DNA of 64,000 nucleotides from Candidatus Liptonbacteria bacterium (GTDB lineage: Bacteria; Patescibacteriota; Minisyncoccia; UBA6257; JACOXY01), in the NCBI GenBank assembly GCA_016182095.1, contig JACOXY010000011.1, positions 3,794 to 67,793 on the forward strand, read 5' to 3'. Of the stretch, positions 17,092-25,916 are shown one piece after another; position 1 is the first letter of the stretch, and each line of letters begins with the position of its first letter. A model generated the notes under the pieces. The model saw nothing but the letters and a program-made list of their open reading frames with translations. It made no database searches and was not told the DNA's origin. Both the position numbers and the translations under genes were made by a program.

Positions 17092-19213
17092 CTAATTTCA
17101 TTTTAGAAAAAATAAAGTAACAAGTGAATAACTGAAGCAAGCCGTTATAATCATCCTCCCAAGAAGGCTCACACTCAATAATATCGTTTAGTTCCGGGAT
17201 TAAACTCATGGCGATGTCGCCCACTTCTTGTTTCGAGATCACGCCGCACAGCTCAAGATACTGATGATCGTCTTCATAATAGCGGTTTGTGAAGAGCCCC
17301 TCGCACCGCGCAAGTTCCGTCAAAAACGGATCTACATTGACATTATTTTCAAATTTTAACTTAAGTATGAGATCCAAGTTAATTTCATCGCCTAAATTAT
17401 CAATGTCGTTCTTGCTTAAAACCGAGACAACTATATCCGCATGTTTTTCCTGGCTTTGGATATATTTTAACGAGTCCCCCTCTCGAGATTTTATCTGATT
17501 TAGCACTTTAGCTTTGTCATAACCTCGCTCTTTTGTGTCGCGAGAAACCTTCCAATGAGCGCGCAGTTCTTCTGACGGTTTAAGAAAAATCTTAAGATCA
17601 AATAGCGTCCTCATTCTATCCAAATAAAAAGAGTGAAGACCCTGAAATATTATAACCCTCCTGGCGCTCAACCTCTTCGGAATTGTGAATTTCCCGCTTT
17701 GATGGTCGTAGAAACTTCTTTGAATACTTACGCCCCCTTTAAGACTCGAGGCATTCGCAAGTTCCGCATGAAGACTATTGGCGCGCGGATCCAAGTGAGT
17801 GTACTTCGACCAGTTAGCGTCTCCACGCTCCCATTTGTGCATGTCATCTCCCTCTATAATTAAAGTGTTTTTTCTTCCAAAGGCGGCGGAAAGCAAGGTG
17901 GCAAAGGTATTTTTCCCGGCACCAGAATCCCCGGCTATTCCTATTAGATACGACTGATATTTAATTTTGTATTGGACATTGCTCTCAATTCCCCTCTTGT
18001 AGATCCACAAAATATTAACGAGTAGAGTTCCTTGAAGAAGCGTAAAAGCAATATTGACCAATTTTTCCGCATCGACGCCAATGCCGACCAGATACTCATA
18101 AAGATTCGGTCCATTTGCAAAATTCGGAGCAACCAACTGAAAGACCTGCGGGAAATCGGAACTCTTGGTTATTAAAAAGTAAATAAAGTAAAAAGCGTTA
18201 AGCAGTAAGAATGTGAATTTGGGAGCATTACCTTCTTTAATGTAAAAGTAGATAAAAAACGGAATAATCCAGTAATACCAGCCCGGCATAGGAGGGATGA
18301 AAAGAGTCAAAATACCAAAGCTAAAACCCAGAAACATAAGAAAAATGTCCCTATTAAAACTTTTATAGGTTAAGCTCTTTATAAGCAAAGCGAGGTAGGC
18401 AAGCGGAACAAAATATAAGACGAGCGAGTCGCTAAACTTATAATTAAAATCAAATATTTTTATCTGCTCTTTGTTATTTAAAACAATTTCCCTGAATGCT
18501 GGTGAATATAAATAATCAAGATTTATAAGGGCGAAAAGCACAATGGGCATAAGGGCCAAAACCACAGCGCGAACCCAATCAACTTTTTTAAGCAGTAAGT
18601 AAACAAAAGCAAACGGAATTACTAGTATCATACCGGTTTTTGCCGCTACCGCGAAGGAAAGCAAAAGGAATGATTGGACATACATCTCCTTGAACAAAAG
18701 ATAAAGCGCGGCAAACAAAAACATCATAGGAATTGCATCAAGCTGGCCGTGGACATAATTGATGTAGAATAAAATCGGAGAACACCAATAATATACAAGC
18801 ACTTTGTTTTGTTTATTTTTGAGCCATCTAGCAAGAATAATAAAAATAATGATATCGGCCGCGAGTATAGGTAGGCGGTAAATAAAGATATCTGAATTAG
18901 AAATGAGGTTAAAGTCCGATCCCAAGAATGTCGCGAGCACTACCCTGGGTATGCTTAAAATCCAAAGCATAACCCTAGGATACGGGAAGATATTAAGCTC
19001 GCCTAAACTGTAGAAAAAATCATAGGGATTCTGAAATCCACTTGCTACAAAATAATTTATAAATCGCGCGAAAAGCTTAACCAAAAAATCAGAGGCGAAT
19101 GTATAAGCAAAAACTATTTTCACCGCCAAAACACCCCAAAAAACTGGCGACTTTAAAATCACCAACTTAGAAGTTCCTTTTTTGTCGTAAAAAAATTGCG
19201 TGATGTTCGTCAT
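17075..19213 (-). CDS. fusion of GT-C-like polytopic membrane domain and phosphoribulokinase/uridine kinase domain
   Basis: Multi-TM N-terminus with PYP and HGQLD; C-terminal IGIAGDSGAGK, DDMHKWER, R..RD..ERG. Confidence 0.85.
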   Translation of the reverse strand: MTNITQFFYDKKGTSKLVILKSPVFWGVLAVKIVFAYTFASDFLVKLFARFINYFVASGFQNPYDFFYSLGELNIFPYPRVMLWILSIPRVVLATFLGSDFNLISNSDIFIYRLPILAADIIIFIILARWLKNKQNKVLVYYWCSPILFYINYVHGQLDAIPMMFLFAALYLLFKEMYVQSFLLLSFAVAAKTGMILVIPFAFVYLLLKKVDWVRAVVLALMPIVLFALINLDYLYSPAFREIVLNNKEQIKIFDFNYKFSDSLVLYFVPLAYLALLIKSLTYKSFNRDIFLMFLGFSFGILTLFIPPMPGWYYWIIPFFIYFYIKEGNAPKFTFLLLNAFYFIYFLITKSSDFPQVFQLVAPNFANGPNLYEYLVGIGVDAEKLVNIAFTLLQGTLLVNILWIYKRGIESNVQYKIKYQSYLIGIAGDSGAGKNTFATLLSAAFGRKNTLIIEGDDMHKWERGDANWSKYTHLDPRANSLHAELANASSLKGGVSIQRSFYDHQSGKFTIPKRLSARRVIIFQGLHSFYLDRMRTLFDLKIFLKPSEELRAHWKVSRDTKERGYDKAKVLNQIKSREGDSLKYIQSQEKHADIVVSVLSKNDIDNLGDEINLDLILKLKFENNVNVDPFLTELARCEGLFTNRYYEDDHQYLELCGVISKQEVGDIAMSLIPELNDIIECEPSWEDDYNGLLQLFTCYFIFSKMKLDGQVF

Positions 19214-19254
19214 AAGAATCACCAAGGGAGAGCGGCGCCATTCCGGTTACGCGG

Positions 19255-19911
19255 TTATTTTTTAACTAAAACCGCTCTTAAGCCCGGCCCTTTCGCGCCC
19301 AGCATGTCGCGCTTATAGCTATCCCCCAGAACCATTACGTCGCCGCGCTTAAATCCAACCTTTTGAAGGGCAAGCTTAAAGATATGGGGGGCGGGTTTTT
19401 CCCTTCCCGCCTCCTCGGAGGATACAATAAAATCAATATATTTTGCAATCTTTAGAAGTTTAACCTTTTTGAATTGGATCCTGGCGGTTAGGTCGGTAAC
19501 TAAACAGATTTTAATATGATTCTCTTTGCATTCCTTTAAAAAACCCAGCGCCCCTTTTGCAAGCTTCATTTTTCCAAAAAAACTTTTCCAGTATAAAGTT
19601 TCCAAATCTAAAGTCAGATCAACATTTGTCTTCCCAAAATAATTTTCCAAAAGAGCCTGAAAATATAAAAGCCGAGAGTGGGAAGCGGCTTGAGTTGGAA
19701 TTCTTTTTTTAATCTTTTCTTTGGCTCTTTCATAAAATCGCAAAAAATCTTCGAATGAAAGTTTTTCTACTTTAGTAAATTTTTTATAACAAGCCAAAAT
19801 GGCATACTCATGACACGCGCGATAGTCGTAGAGAGTATTATCCAAGTCCAAAAGGATTGCCTTTGTTCCGCGAAGATTGATCTTTGAAAATTTCACGAGT
19901 TTTTGTTTCAT
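19255..19911 (-). CDS. HAD-superfamily hydrolase
   Basis: DLDNTL, KP...IF, GDSYKRD. Confidence 0.92.
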   Translation of the reverse strand: MKQKLVKFSKINLRGTKAILLDLDNTLYDYRACHEYAILACYKKFTKVEKLSFEDFLRFYERAKEKIKKRIPTQAASHSRLLYFQALLENYFGKTNVDLTLDLETLYWKSFFGKMKLAKGALGFLKECKENHIKICLVTDLTARIQFKKVKLLKIAKYIDFIVSSEEAGREKPAPHIFKLALQKVGFKRGDVMVLGDSYKRDMLGAKGPGLRAVLVKK

Positions 19912-21491
19912 TTCTTTTTGCTTGAGGGACAGTCGTAGATACTGAAAGCATAGCCTGGCATAATTCCGGTTTCGGTTATGGGAAGGCCGAAAACTAATGG
20001 CTCTTTGCGTATGAAAAAATCGTTTGTCTTACGGCAATAATCCCAATTTGCCGGAAGCTCTTTCCAGCCGTTAAATCCTTCTCGCATTATGGTGATGCCA
20101 GTAGGATACAAAACATCCGGAACCTGATTCCAAAGACGCATTGGCCCATAATTTTCCGAAATAGCCCAGATTGTTGAATCAACATTAAGGCGCTCATCAG
20201 GATTCAGAGAAAGTTCTTTAAAAATCGCCCGAGCTTCTCTTAAAGACATCCCATCTTTAATAAAGAACGGAAAGAGCGTGAGGCGCTGAAAAAAGAATAC
20301 CGAACCCGCCACAATAACGATAAAGGCAACACTTTTTAAAATTATTGAATGACTATAATTTGTTGTCCAGTGAACAATAACCAAAAAGAAAAGGGGGGCT
20401 ATAGAAAATAAGTATTGGGCGCCGGGTCTTATGAAAATAAAATAAGAAAATATCGCCGCTGTTAATATGACGAAAAAATGCCAAAGGATTGGGGAGGGAG
20501 CGTGCTTTCTGTGCCGTGAGTACCAGAAACTCATACATAGTATGGCAAGCGCTACAATTCTTCCGGGAGAAACAGCGCCCAGTGGAGAAAAATCGGAAAG
20601 AAAGGGCTTGATTACTCCGCTTCGGGTAGTCGCCTTTTGTAATACCGGTTCCACACTGCGCCCCAAAACCACTCTGTCAATATATTCCTGCGCCCCCAGT
20701 TGGGAATTAAGCTGTGAAAAATGGTGGTACATTCCTTTTGTTGTCGGCGCCAATCCATAGCCAAAGACTTCAAGTACAAAAACAAAAGTAAAAAGCGATA
20801 CCATGAGGGCGGAAAGGCCGTATGCTAATGCTTTTTTAGGAGGGTGATAAAAAGCAAAAAAAAGACCAATTAGCGGAGCGAAGAGAATGGCGGAAGCCGG
20901 ATTTGTTGCTAGAGCCAATCCCAGCAAGAAACCGAAGAAAAGCCATAGCCATCTTAGTCGCGGCCCCAATAACCCAAGCAAAGCCAATGAGATGAGAAGC
21001 CGAGAAAGCGTTTCTGGTCTGCCAGAGTCAAAAATAATTGCGCTCGCAAGAGCAAATAATGTTGCTATATAGATAGCGACACCATACCAAGATATTTCTT
21101 GCCAGTCGGAAATTATAACTTTTTTGTAAATGACAGCCGCCGCGATAATGGTAATGGCGTAAAGAATAAAAATGGCAATATGCGCTCCTTGGGAAGTGCC
21201 AGTGGGCATAAGCCAGCTAATCACCAAGGGGAATAGTGGTGGGGATATCAAGTGTCTGCCGGTACCCGATAGATCACCAACCAGAAACTGGGGCGATAGT
21301 TGATTTACAAGTCCGCGATCCAACCTGTGATTGATGGCAGACGGAATGTAGTAGGCGGAATCACCGCCCAAAACCGGGTAAGCATTTAAGGCAAAAATAA
21401 AAAGAGTAACGATAATTAATATCGGGACAATCGTTATTAGTACCAACTTGATGTTGTTCGCTGTAAATCGCGACAAATAGTTTAACTCCAT
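19908..21491 (-). CDS. polytopic membrane protein, GT-C (ArnT/PMT)-like
   Basis: GD...Y loop after TM1, PPLFP, RPE; paralog of 34359-35921. Confidence 0.7.
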   Translation of the reverse strand: MELNYLSRFTANNIKLVLITIVPILIIVTLFIFALNAYPVLGGDSAYYIPSAINHRLDRGLVNQLSPQFLVGDLSGTGRHLISPPLFPLVISWLMPTGTSQGAHIAIFILYAITIIAAAVIYKKVIISDWQEISWYGVAIYIATLFALASAIIFDSGRPETLSRLLISLALLGLLGPRLRWLWLFFGFLLGLALATNPASAILFAPLIGLFFAFYHPPKKALAYGLSALMVSLFTFVFVLEVFGYGLAPTTKGMYHHFSQLNSQLGAQEYIDRVVLGRSVEPVLQKATTRSGVIKPFLSDFSPLGAVSPGRIVALAILCMSFWYSRHRKHAPSPILWHFFVILTAAIFSYFIFIRPGAQYLFSIAPLFFLVIVHWTTNYSHSIILKSVAFIVIVAGSVFFFQRLTLFPFFIKDGMSLREARAIFKELSLNPDERLNVDSTIWAISENYGPMRLWNQVPDVLYPTGITIMREGFNGWKELPANWDYCRKTNDFFIRKEPLVFGLPITETGIMPGYAFSIYDCPSSKKK

Positions 21492-21508
21492 ATAAATTTA
21501 AAATTAGT

Positions 21509-22915
21509 TTATGGAAGCCAGTTGTTCCTGAATTTGTTTTCGTTTTTACTAATTTTCTCGAAGAGGGCAGTAACGCGAGAAGCCGATAATTCATGATTAA
21601 CATGCAGGTGGATGTAAAGCTGGTCCACAAGATAAAGCAGAAAAAAGTAATAAGCATCGCCTTTTTCTATATTCCAAAACTTGAGCATGCAGTCTAAAAT
21701 GCTTTGAATCTTAGTATTTTTTATAAAAAATAAATCTTGGATATTTCGTTCATATAACTCCACATAATTACCTTTTTTAAATCTACCGCCGCTTATTATC
21801 AAACTGTACAAATCGAAAATCTGCGGGAAGCCAAATCTCGCCTGCTCCCAGTCTATGACAAAAAACTTAGAACTTAGAACATTGAACATTGAACTGCTGG
21901 GGGCGGCAACACAAAGCATCTCAAAAAATGGAAACTCTCTCTTGGTAAGAGAAAAAATAAATGATTTGCTGTTTAAATTATCAACAGCTTTATCAAAAAA
22001 ATATTTTATCGACTTAAATCGTTCGTTGCTCATTTTTGATTGCAAAAATGAGAGTTCGCTTTGTATTTCGTTATAAAAATTAGATTCAGTAAAAATCTTT
22101 TCCTCTTTGGTTTTATCTGATAGTTTTTTTAAAAAATCAAGGTGGCAATTTTTAATAGCATCAATCCCGCGCGTACCACCAAACATTCCAACATTCTGCC
22201 CTAATTGGCCGAGCCAACGGGCTTTAGGCCCTAATTGGCCGAGCCAACGGGCTTTAGGCCCTAATTGGCCGAGCCAACGGGCTTTAGGCCCTAATTGGCC
22301 GAGCCAACGGGCTTTAGGCAGAATGTTGGAATGTTTGGTCTCTGATGATGGTGGTGGTGGGGAGAGAATTATGACAAGCGCTCCGCGAAAATAATCTTTG
22401 GCGAGTACCCGAGGAAAAGAAAATCCTGGTATATCTAATTTTTGTAAATAATCGAGGATTTTGGCTTCGTTCTCGCCATAAATCTCGCTTTCACGGCCAG
22501 GAAAATAAACTTTAGCGACACTCAAAAGCTTGCCGCTTTTTTCGCCAAAAATGGGAAGTATATATTTTCTGGAACCGGAGTAAACTGAAAAAGTGACCGG
22601 CTCTTCGAATTTGGTTTTAGAGGCGAGAAAAGAAAAAATCTCTTCGTTTTTGTCTACAAAAACTTTTTTTCTAAAAACAAACCACCAAACAAAATCAAGA
22701 TTAAAAATCCTTAAAAGAGTTATTTTGGCCTTACTCCAAAAATCTTTGCCTTTGTAAAGATAAAATTCTCTTAATGCGGCGGCTCGGAGATGCTTCGCGC
22801 CAAAAGGCAAAGCCACTCCGCTTTTTAAAAATTCACCGCTTAGCACCACGAATCGCGCCTCGCTAAAGCTACGAGATTTTTTTATATCTACTTTCTCAAA
22901 CAAATTCCACGGCAT
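21509..22915 (-). CDS. APH/kinase-like phosphotransferase homolog with a 54-aa repeat insertion
   Basis: VAKV, NE...L, VIDWE.A..G....DL; catalytic HGD motif appears degenerate (KREF). Confidence 0.6.
   Translation of the reverse strand: MPWNLFEKVDIKKSRSFSEARFVVLSGEFLKSGVALPFGAKHLRAAALREFYLYKGKDFWSKAKITLLRIFNLDFVWWFVFRKKVFVDKNEEIFSFLASKTKFEEPVTFSVYSGSRKYILPIFGEKSGKLLSVAKVYFPGRESEIYGENEAKILDYLQKLDIPGFSFPRVLAKDYFRGALVIILSPPPPSSETKHSNILPKARWLGQLGPKARWLGQLGPKARWLGQLGPKARWLGQLGQNVGMFGGTRGIDAIKNCHLDFLKKLSDKTKEEKIFTESNFYNEIQSELSFLQSKMSNERFKSIKYFFDKAVDNLNSKSFIFSLTKREFPFFEMLCVAAPSSSMFNVLSSKFFVIDWEQARFGFPQIFDLYSLIISGGRFKKGNYVELYERNIQDLFFIKNTKIQSILDCMLKFWNIEKGDAYYFFLLYLVDQLYIHLHVNHELSASRVTALFEKISKNENKFRNNWLP
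21864..21894. repeat. heptamer tract AACTTAG x2, AACATTG x2 inside CDS
   Basis: Encodes SMFNVLSSKF. Confidence 0.8.
22178..22339. repeat. AACATTC palindrome containing 4 exact tandem 30-bp units, in frame (162 bp)
   Basis: 23-bp perfect arms 22178-22200 / 22317-22339; unit GCCCTAATTGGCCGAGCCAACGGGCTTTAG at 22198-22317. Confidence 0.97.
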
Positions 22916-22994
22916 AATAATGCACCCCTATTTTACCCTAAGCGGAGAGGAATGAAAAGAAAAGCTTTTGTTGTGAATTTTTCGCCGGAACATA

Positions 22995-23021
22995 AAACAC
23001 ATAGGTGTTACCTATGTGTTT
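22995..23021. repeat. hairpin AAACACATAGGT-GTT-ACCTATGTGTTT
   Basis: 12-bp perfect arms, intergenic. Confidence 0.8.
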
Positions 23022-23045
23022 GAACCCAGACATCGCCTTTTTGTA

Positions 23046-23669
23046 TCACCTGTATTCCTTGTATTCATGTATGTCATCTATCATTTTTACCTGCTTTGCG
23101 GGATTTCCCACCACCACTGCTCGTGGCGCGACAGCTTTCGTAACTACAGCTCCAGAGCCCACCAACGCACACTCGCCAATCACCACTCCAGGCATGAGCG
23201 TCGAATTCGCGCCCACAATCGCCCGGCGCTTTATCGTTACTCCCCGCAAACTTTCTTTTGTTGTCGGAAGATTCGGATAAGATGCATTCGTAATCACAAC
23301 ATTCGGCCCCACCCAGCATCCTTCCTCAAGAGTCGTGTACTCCGGCACAAAAGCCTGCGTGTGAATGCGGACACCATTTCCTATTTTAACGTGATGCTCA
23401 ACCACAGAGAGAGTGCCGATGCTTACGCTATCTCCGATGTCATTTAACTCTCTTACATTCACCTTGTTCCCCGTCTGAAAATTATTGCCAATCTTGTTTC
23501 CGGCGTAAATTACCGTATGCGAACGAATCACGGCATTGTCACCAATCACCGTTTCGAGTTCGCCCGATTTCGTTCCCCGCGGCGGCGCGCCGACGACTAC
23601 AAAGTCTTCAACAAAGCAGTTTTCCCCCAACTTCACGTTTTCGTGAATAATTGCTGTTTTGCTTATCAT
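23046..23669 (-). CDS. hexapeptide-repeat sugar N-acetyltransferase (WbpD-like)
   Basis: LbH repeats; GAVVTK.V....VVVGNPA. Confidence 0.88.
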   Translation of the reverse strand: MISKTAIIHENVKLGENCFVEDFVVVGAPPRGTKSGELETVIGDNAVIRSHTVIYAGNKIGNNFQTGNKVNVRELNDIGDSVSIGTLSVVEHHVKIGNGVRIHTQAFVPEYTTLEEGCWVGPNVVITNASYPNLPTTKESLRGVTIKRRAIVGANSTLMPGVVIGECALVGSGAVVTKAVAPRAVVVGNPAKQVKMIDDIHEYKEYR

Positions 23670-23738
23670 GTTTTTTGTTTCCTTCCTTAATAAATAACTC
23701 TATATAGAGTAAAGCATACTCTCTCTATCTTTGCAAAC

Positions 23739-23767
23739 TGGACAAGGATTGTGTTTCATGCTATAAA
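23739..23767 (+). promoter_or_regulatory. promoter TGGACA-17-TATAAA (TGn)
   Basis: Upstream of AAGGAG RBS and GTG 23802. Confidence 0.65.
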
Positions 23768-23801
23768 GCATTCAGTAACTCGGGTCCTAAAGGAGTAGCG
23801 C

Positions 23802-24593
23802 GTGACTAGAACAGAGAGCGTTTTTGCGTCCATTGATTCACATGTGATAGCGTGGCCTATTTGCAATCTTCAGATAAGAACAAGGGGGCAATACGTCCCC
23901 GTGGAAAAAGTCAGAGACCACATTGCCGCGCGGCTTCGAGAAAATCCTCTGAAATTCGATGGCGTTTCCTGGAGACTTTGGTCCTCTTGCTACAACAACT
24001 CAACCGGGAAGCTTACACTCGACGTCGGAGTGGGACGATACAGCCAATATCGATATACAAATCTGGATCCCGAATTTCGCAGAATGTTTCCGGATCAGAG
24101 GTTGTGGTTTAATACACTAGCGCTCGGGACACTTGTAATCACCGTGGACAATAAGATCTACTTCTCCCGTCGGCCGCAAGATGCGCAACTTTCGCCAGGA
24201 CGATGGGATATCCCATGCGGGCACCCCAGCACATTTGAGCAAGCTCCAACATCAGATACAATCTTTGATGCCGTCCGCGTTGTAACCGATAAAGACGTGG
24301 AGCTTCCGCTCCGGTATGAGTTCATTCGCCCACTCATCCAAATCAGAGAAGAGCCAAAGTATGCAGATGATCTGGTGTTCGTAGCTTCGGTGAGACAGAC
24401 AAGCCAGCAGATTAAAGAAGCGCAAAAACCGGGAAGAGAAATCTCTTTCATTGACTGCGAGGCGGATTCCGTCGCACTGTTCTTGAGAGAAAATACAAAC
24501 CTCTCGCGCCCAGTGTACCTTTCTCTCTCTTATTTCGGGAGAGGCGAGTGCGGAGAGGACTGGTTCCGGCAATTTTGTAAGCACGAGAATTAA
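23802..24593 (+). CDS. Nudix-fold protein with degenerate Nudix box (NUDT22-like)
   Basis: FDG, LVIT.DN.I...RR.....PGRWDIPCGHP. Confidence 0.6.
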   Translation: MTRTESVFASIDSHVIAWPICNLQIRTRGQYVPVEKVRDHIAARLRENPLKFDGVSWRLWSSCYNNSTGKLTLDVGVGRYSQYRYTNLDPEFRRMFPDQRLWFNTLALGTLVITVDNKIYFSRRPQDAQLSPGRWDIPCGHPSTFEQAPTSDTIFDAVRVVTDKDVELPLRYEFIRPLIQIREEPKYADDLVFVASVRQTSQQIKEAQKPGREISFIDCEADSVALFLRENTNLSRPVYLSLSYFGRGECGEDWFRQFCKHEN

Positions 24594-24595
24594 CC

Positions 24596-24629
24596 AAAAC
24601 GCCCGCGGCAAAAGCCCGGGCGTTTTTTT
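24596..24629. terminator. bidirectional intrinsic terminator
   Basis: AAAACGCCCG...CGGGCGTTTTTTT between convergent genes. Confidence 0.8.
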
Positions 24630-24649
24630 ATTGTGCTCTCCACCTAAAA

Positions 24650-25324
24650 CTACACAACTTTTTTGAGCATAAACTTTTCTCCTTGCTCATAGACACCACC
24701 GCGCACATAGGTGAGCGGCAAGATCAAACATCCTTTCTGAATAAGCGTTCCCGGATCGCAGACCGCGGAACATCCAAGCTTTGTGCCATCGCCCAAAACC
24801 GCGCCAAACGACTTGCGCCCCGTATCTACTCCTCCTACCCGGACAGTAGTCATCGTAATCTTTGTATTCGCAAGTTGGGTACCAGCGCCTACCGTGGCAT
24901 TGTTCCCAAAAATGCTGTCTCCAATGTAGTTAAAATGCGATGCCTGCGAACCATCGAGCATGATGGTATTTTTGGCCTCCGTAGAGTTTCCGATAATACA
25001 TTTTTCTCCCGTAATCACTGGGCCTCGGATAAACGCCCCAGGACCTACAATTGACCTGGGACCAATAAACACAGGCCCGCGAATGTATGCTGTAGACTCC
25101 ACAATCGCACCATCGGAAATTATAATATTGTCGCCGTAAAGCTTAGCGCCTACACGCACCTCGCCTTTGATGCGTCCTCCGGCGGAAATGCTTTCAATTA
25201 ACTTCATGAGGTATTCATCAAGGTTGTTCAGCGCGTCCCATACAGTCTCGCTTTTATCAAAAAGCGCTTTGTGGATATATTTCGAGAGATCGAAGTAGGT
25301 TTCGGGGGCAAAGTTCTTTTTCAT
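24650..25324 (-). CDS. GlmU C-terminal-like left-handed beta-helix acyltransferase
   Basis: AYIRGP, E.KN, HFNYIGDSI.G, TGR..FGAVLGD. Confidence 0.82.
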   Translation of the reverse strand: MKKNFAPETYFDLSKYIHKALFDKSETVWDALNNLDEYLMKLIESISAGGRIKGEVRVGAKLYGDNIIISDGAIVESTAYIRGPVFIGPRSIVGPGAFIRGPVITGEKCIIGNSTEAKNTIMLDGSQASHFNYIGDSIFGNNATVGAGTQLANTKITMTTVRVGGVDTGRKSFGAVLGDGTKLGCSAVCDPGTLIQKGCLILPLTYVRGGVYEQGEKFMLKKVV

Positions 25325-25331
25325 ATCTTGA

Positions 25332-25916
25332 TTATTCCACACTTTTGCGGTTTTTCATATATTTTTTCGCGAACTCCCAGGCAACAATACTCTGCCCATC
25401 AAATATTTTCCCGCTTGCAATCAAGCGGTCAACCTTACCGGGCGAGCATTCGATAGTTCGAATATCCTGTTCTGCCTCTTCGCGGCTGTGAGCCCCCCGA
25501 GAAAGACCGGATGCCAGGAACACACTCGTCCACTCGTTCGTAACGCCATTGTAGGGGCAAAACCCGCCTATTTTTTTTGTCACGCGCGCCGAAAAGCCGG
25601 TTTCTTCTTTAAGCTCCCTCACTGCCGCGACACGAGGAATTTCGCCTCTTCCCACTCCGCCACCCGGGAACTCAATGCTTTCGCGCCCCAAAAGATATCG
25701 GTACTGCCTCAAAAGAAGCACGTTCCCGCCCTGAAGCACCGGCACGATGAAGACCCCGCCTTCGGAATGATGGTAGTAGTAACTTCCCATTTTACCGCTT
25801 GGAAGCACAAACCGGTCTTCCTTAAACACCGACCATGGAGTCGTTTTAAACGAACGCGAAGAAACCGTCGCGTACGGCTTTTGCTGGTTTCGTTTTTGTG
25901 CTCGTCTCTTTTTCAT
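25332..25916 (-). CDS. NUDIX hydrolase (ADP-ribose pyrophosphatase-like)
   Basis: QYRY, EFPGG...[11 protein letters not shown]; start moved to ATG 25916 overlapping the upstream stop. Confidence 0.9.
   Translation of the reverse strand: MKKRRAQKRNQQKPYATVSSRSFKTTPWSVFKEDRFVLPSGKMGSYYYHHSEGGVFIVPVLQGGNVLLLRQYRYLLGRESIEFPGGGVGRGEIPRVAAVRELKEETGFSARVTKKIGGFCPYNGVTNEWTSVFLASGLSRGAHSREEAEQDIRTIECSPGKVDRLIASGKIFDGQSIVAWEFAKKYMKNRKSVE

Noticed and set aside
22198-22317. Possible CRISPR array
   Set aside because: Units are contiguous and identical with no unique spacers, and no cas genes are in the window.
23697-23710. 14-bp palindrome ACTCTATATAGAGT as another repeat family
   Set aside because: Single short AT-rich copy in a divergent promoter region; could be an operator but cannot be supported.
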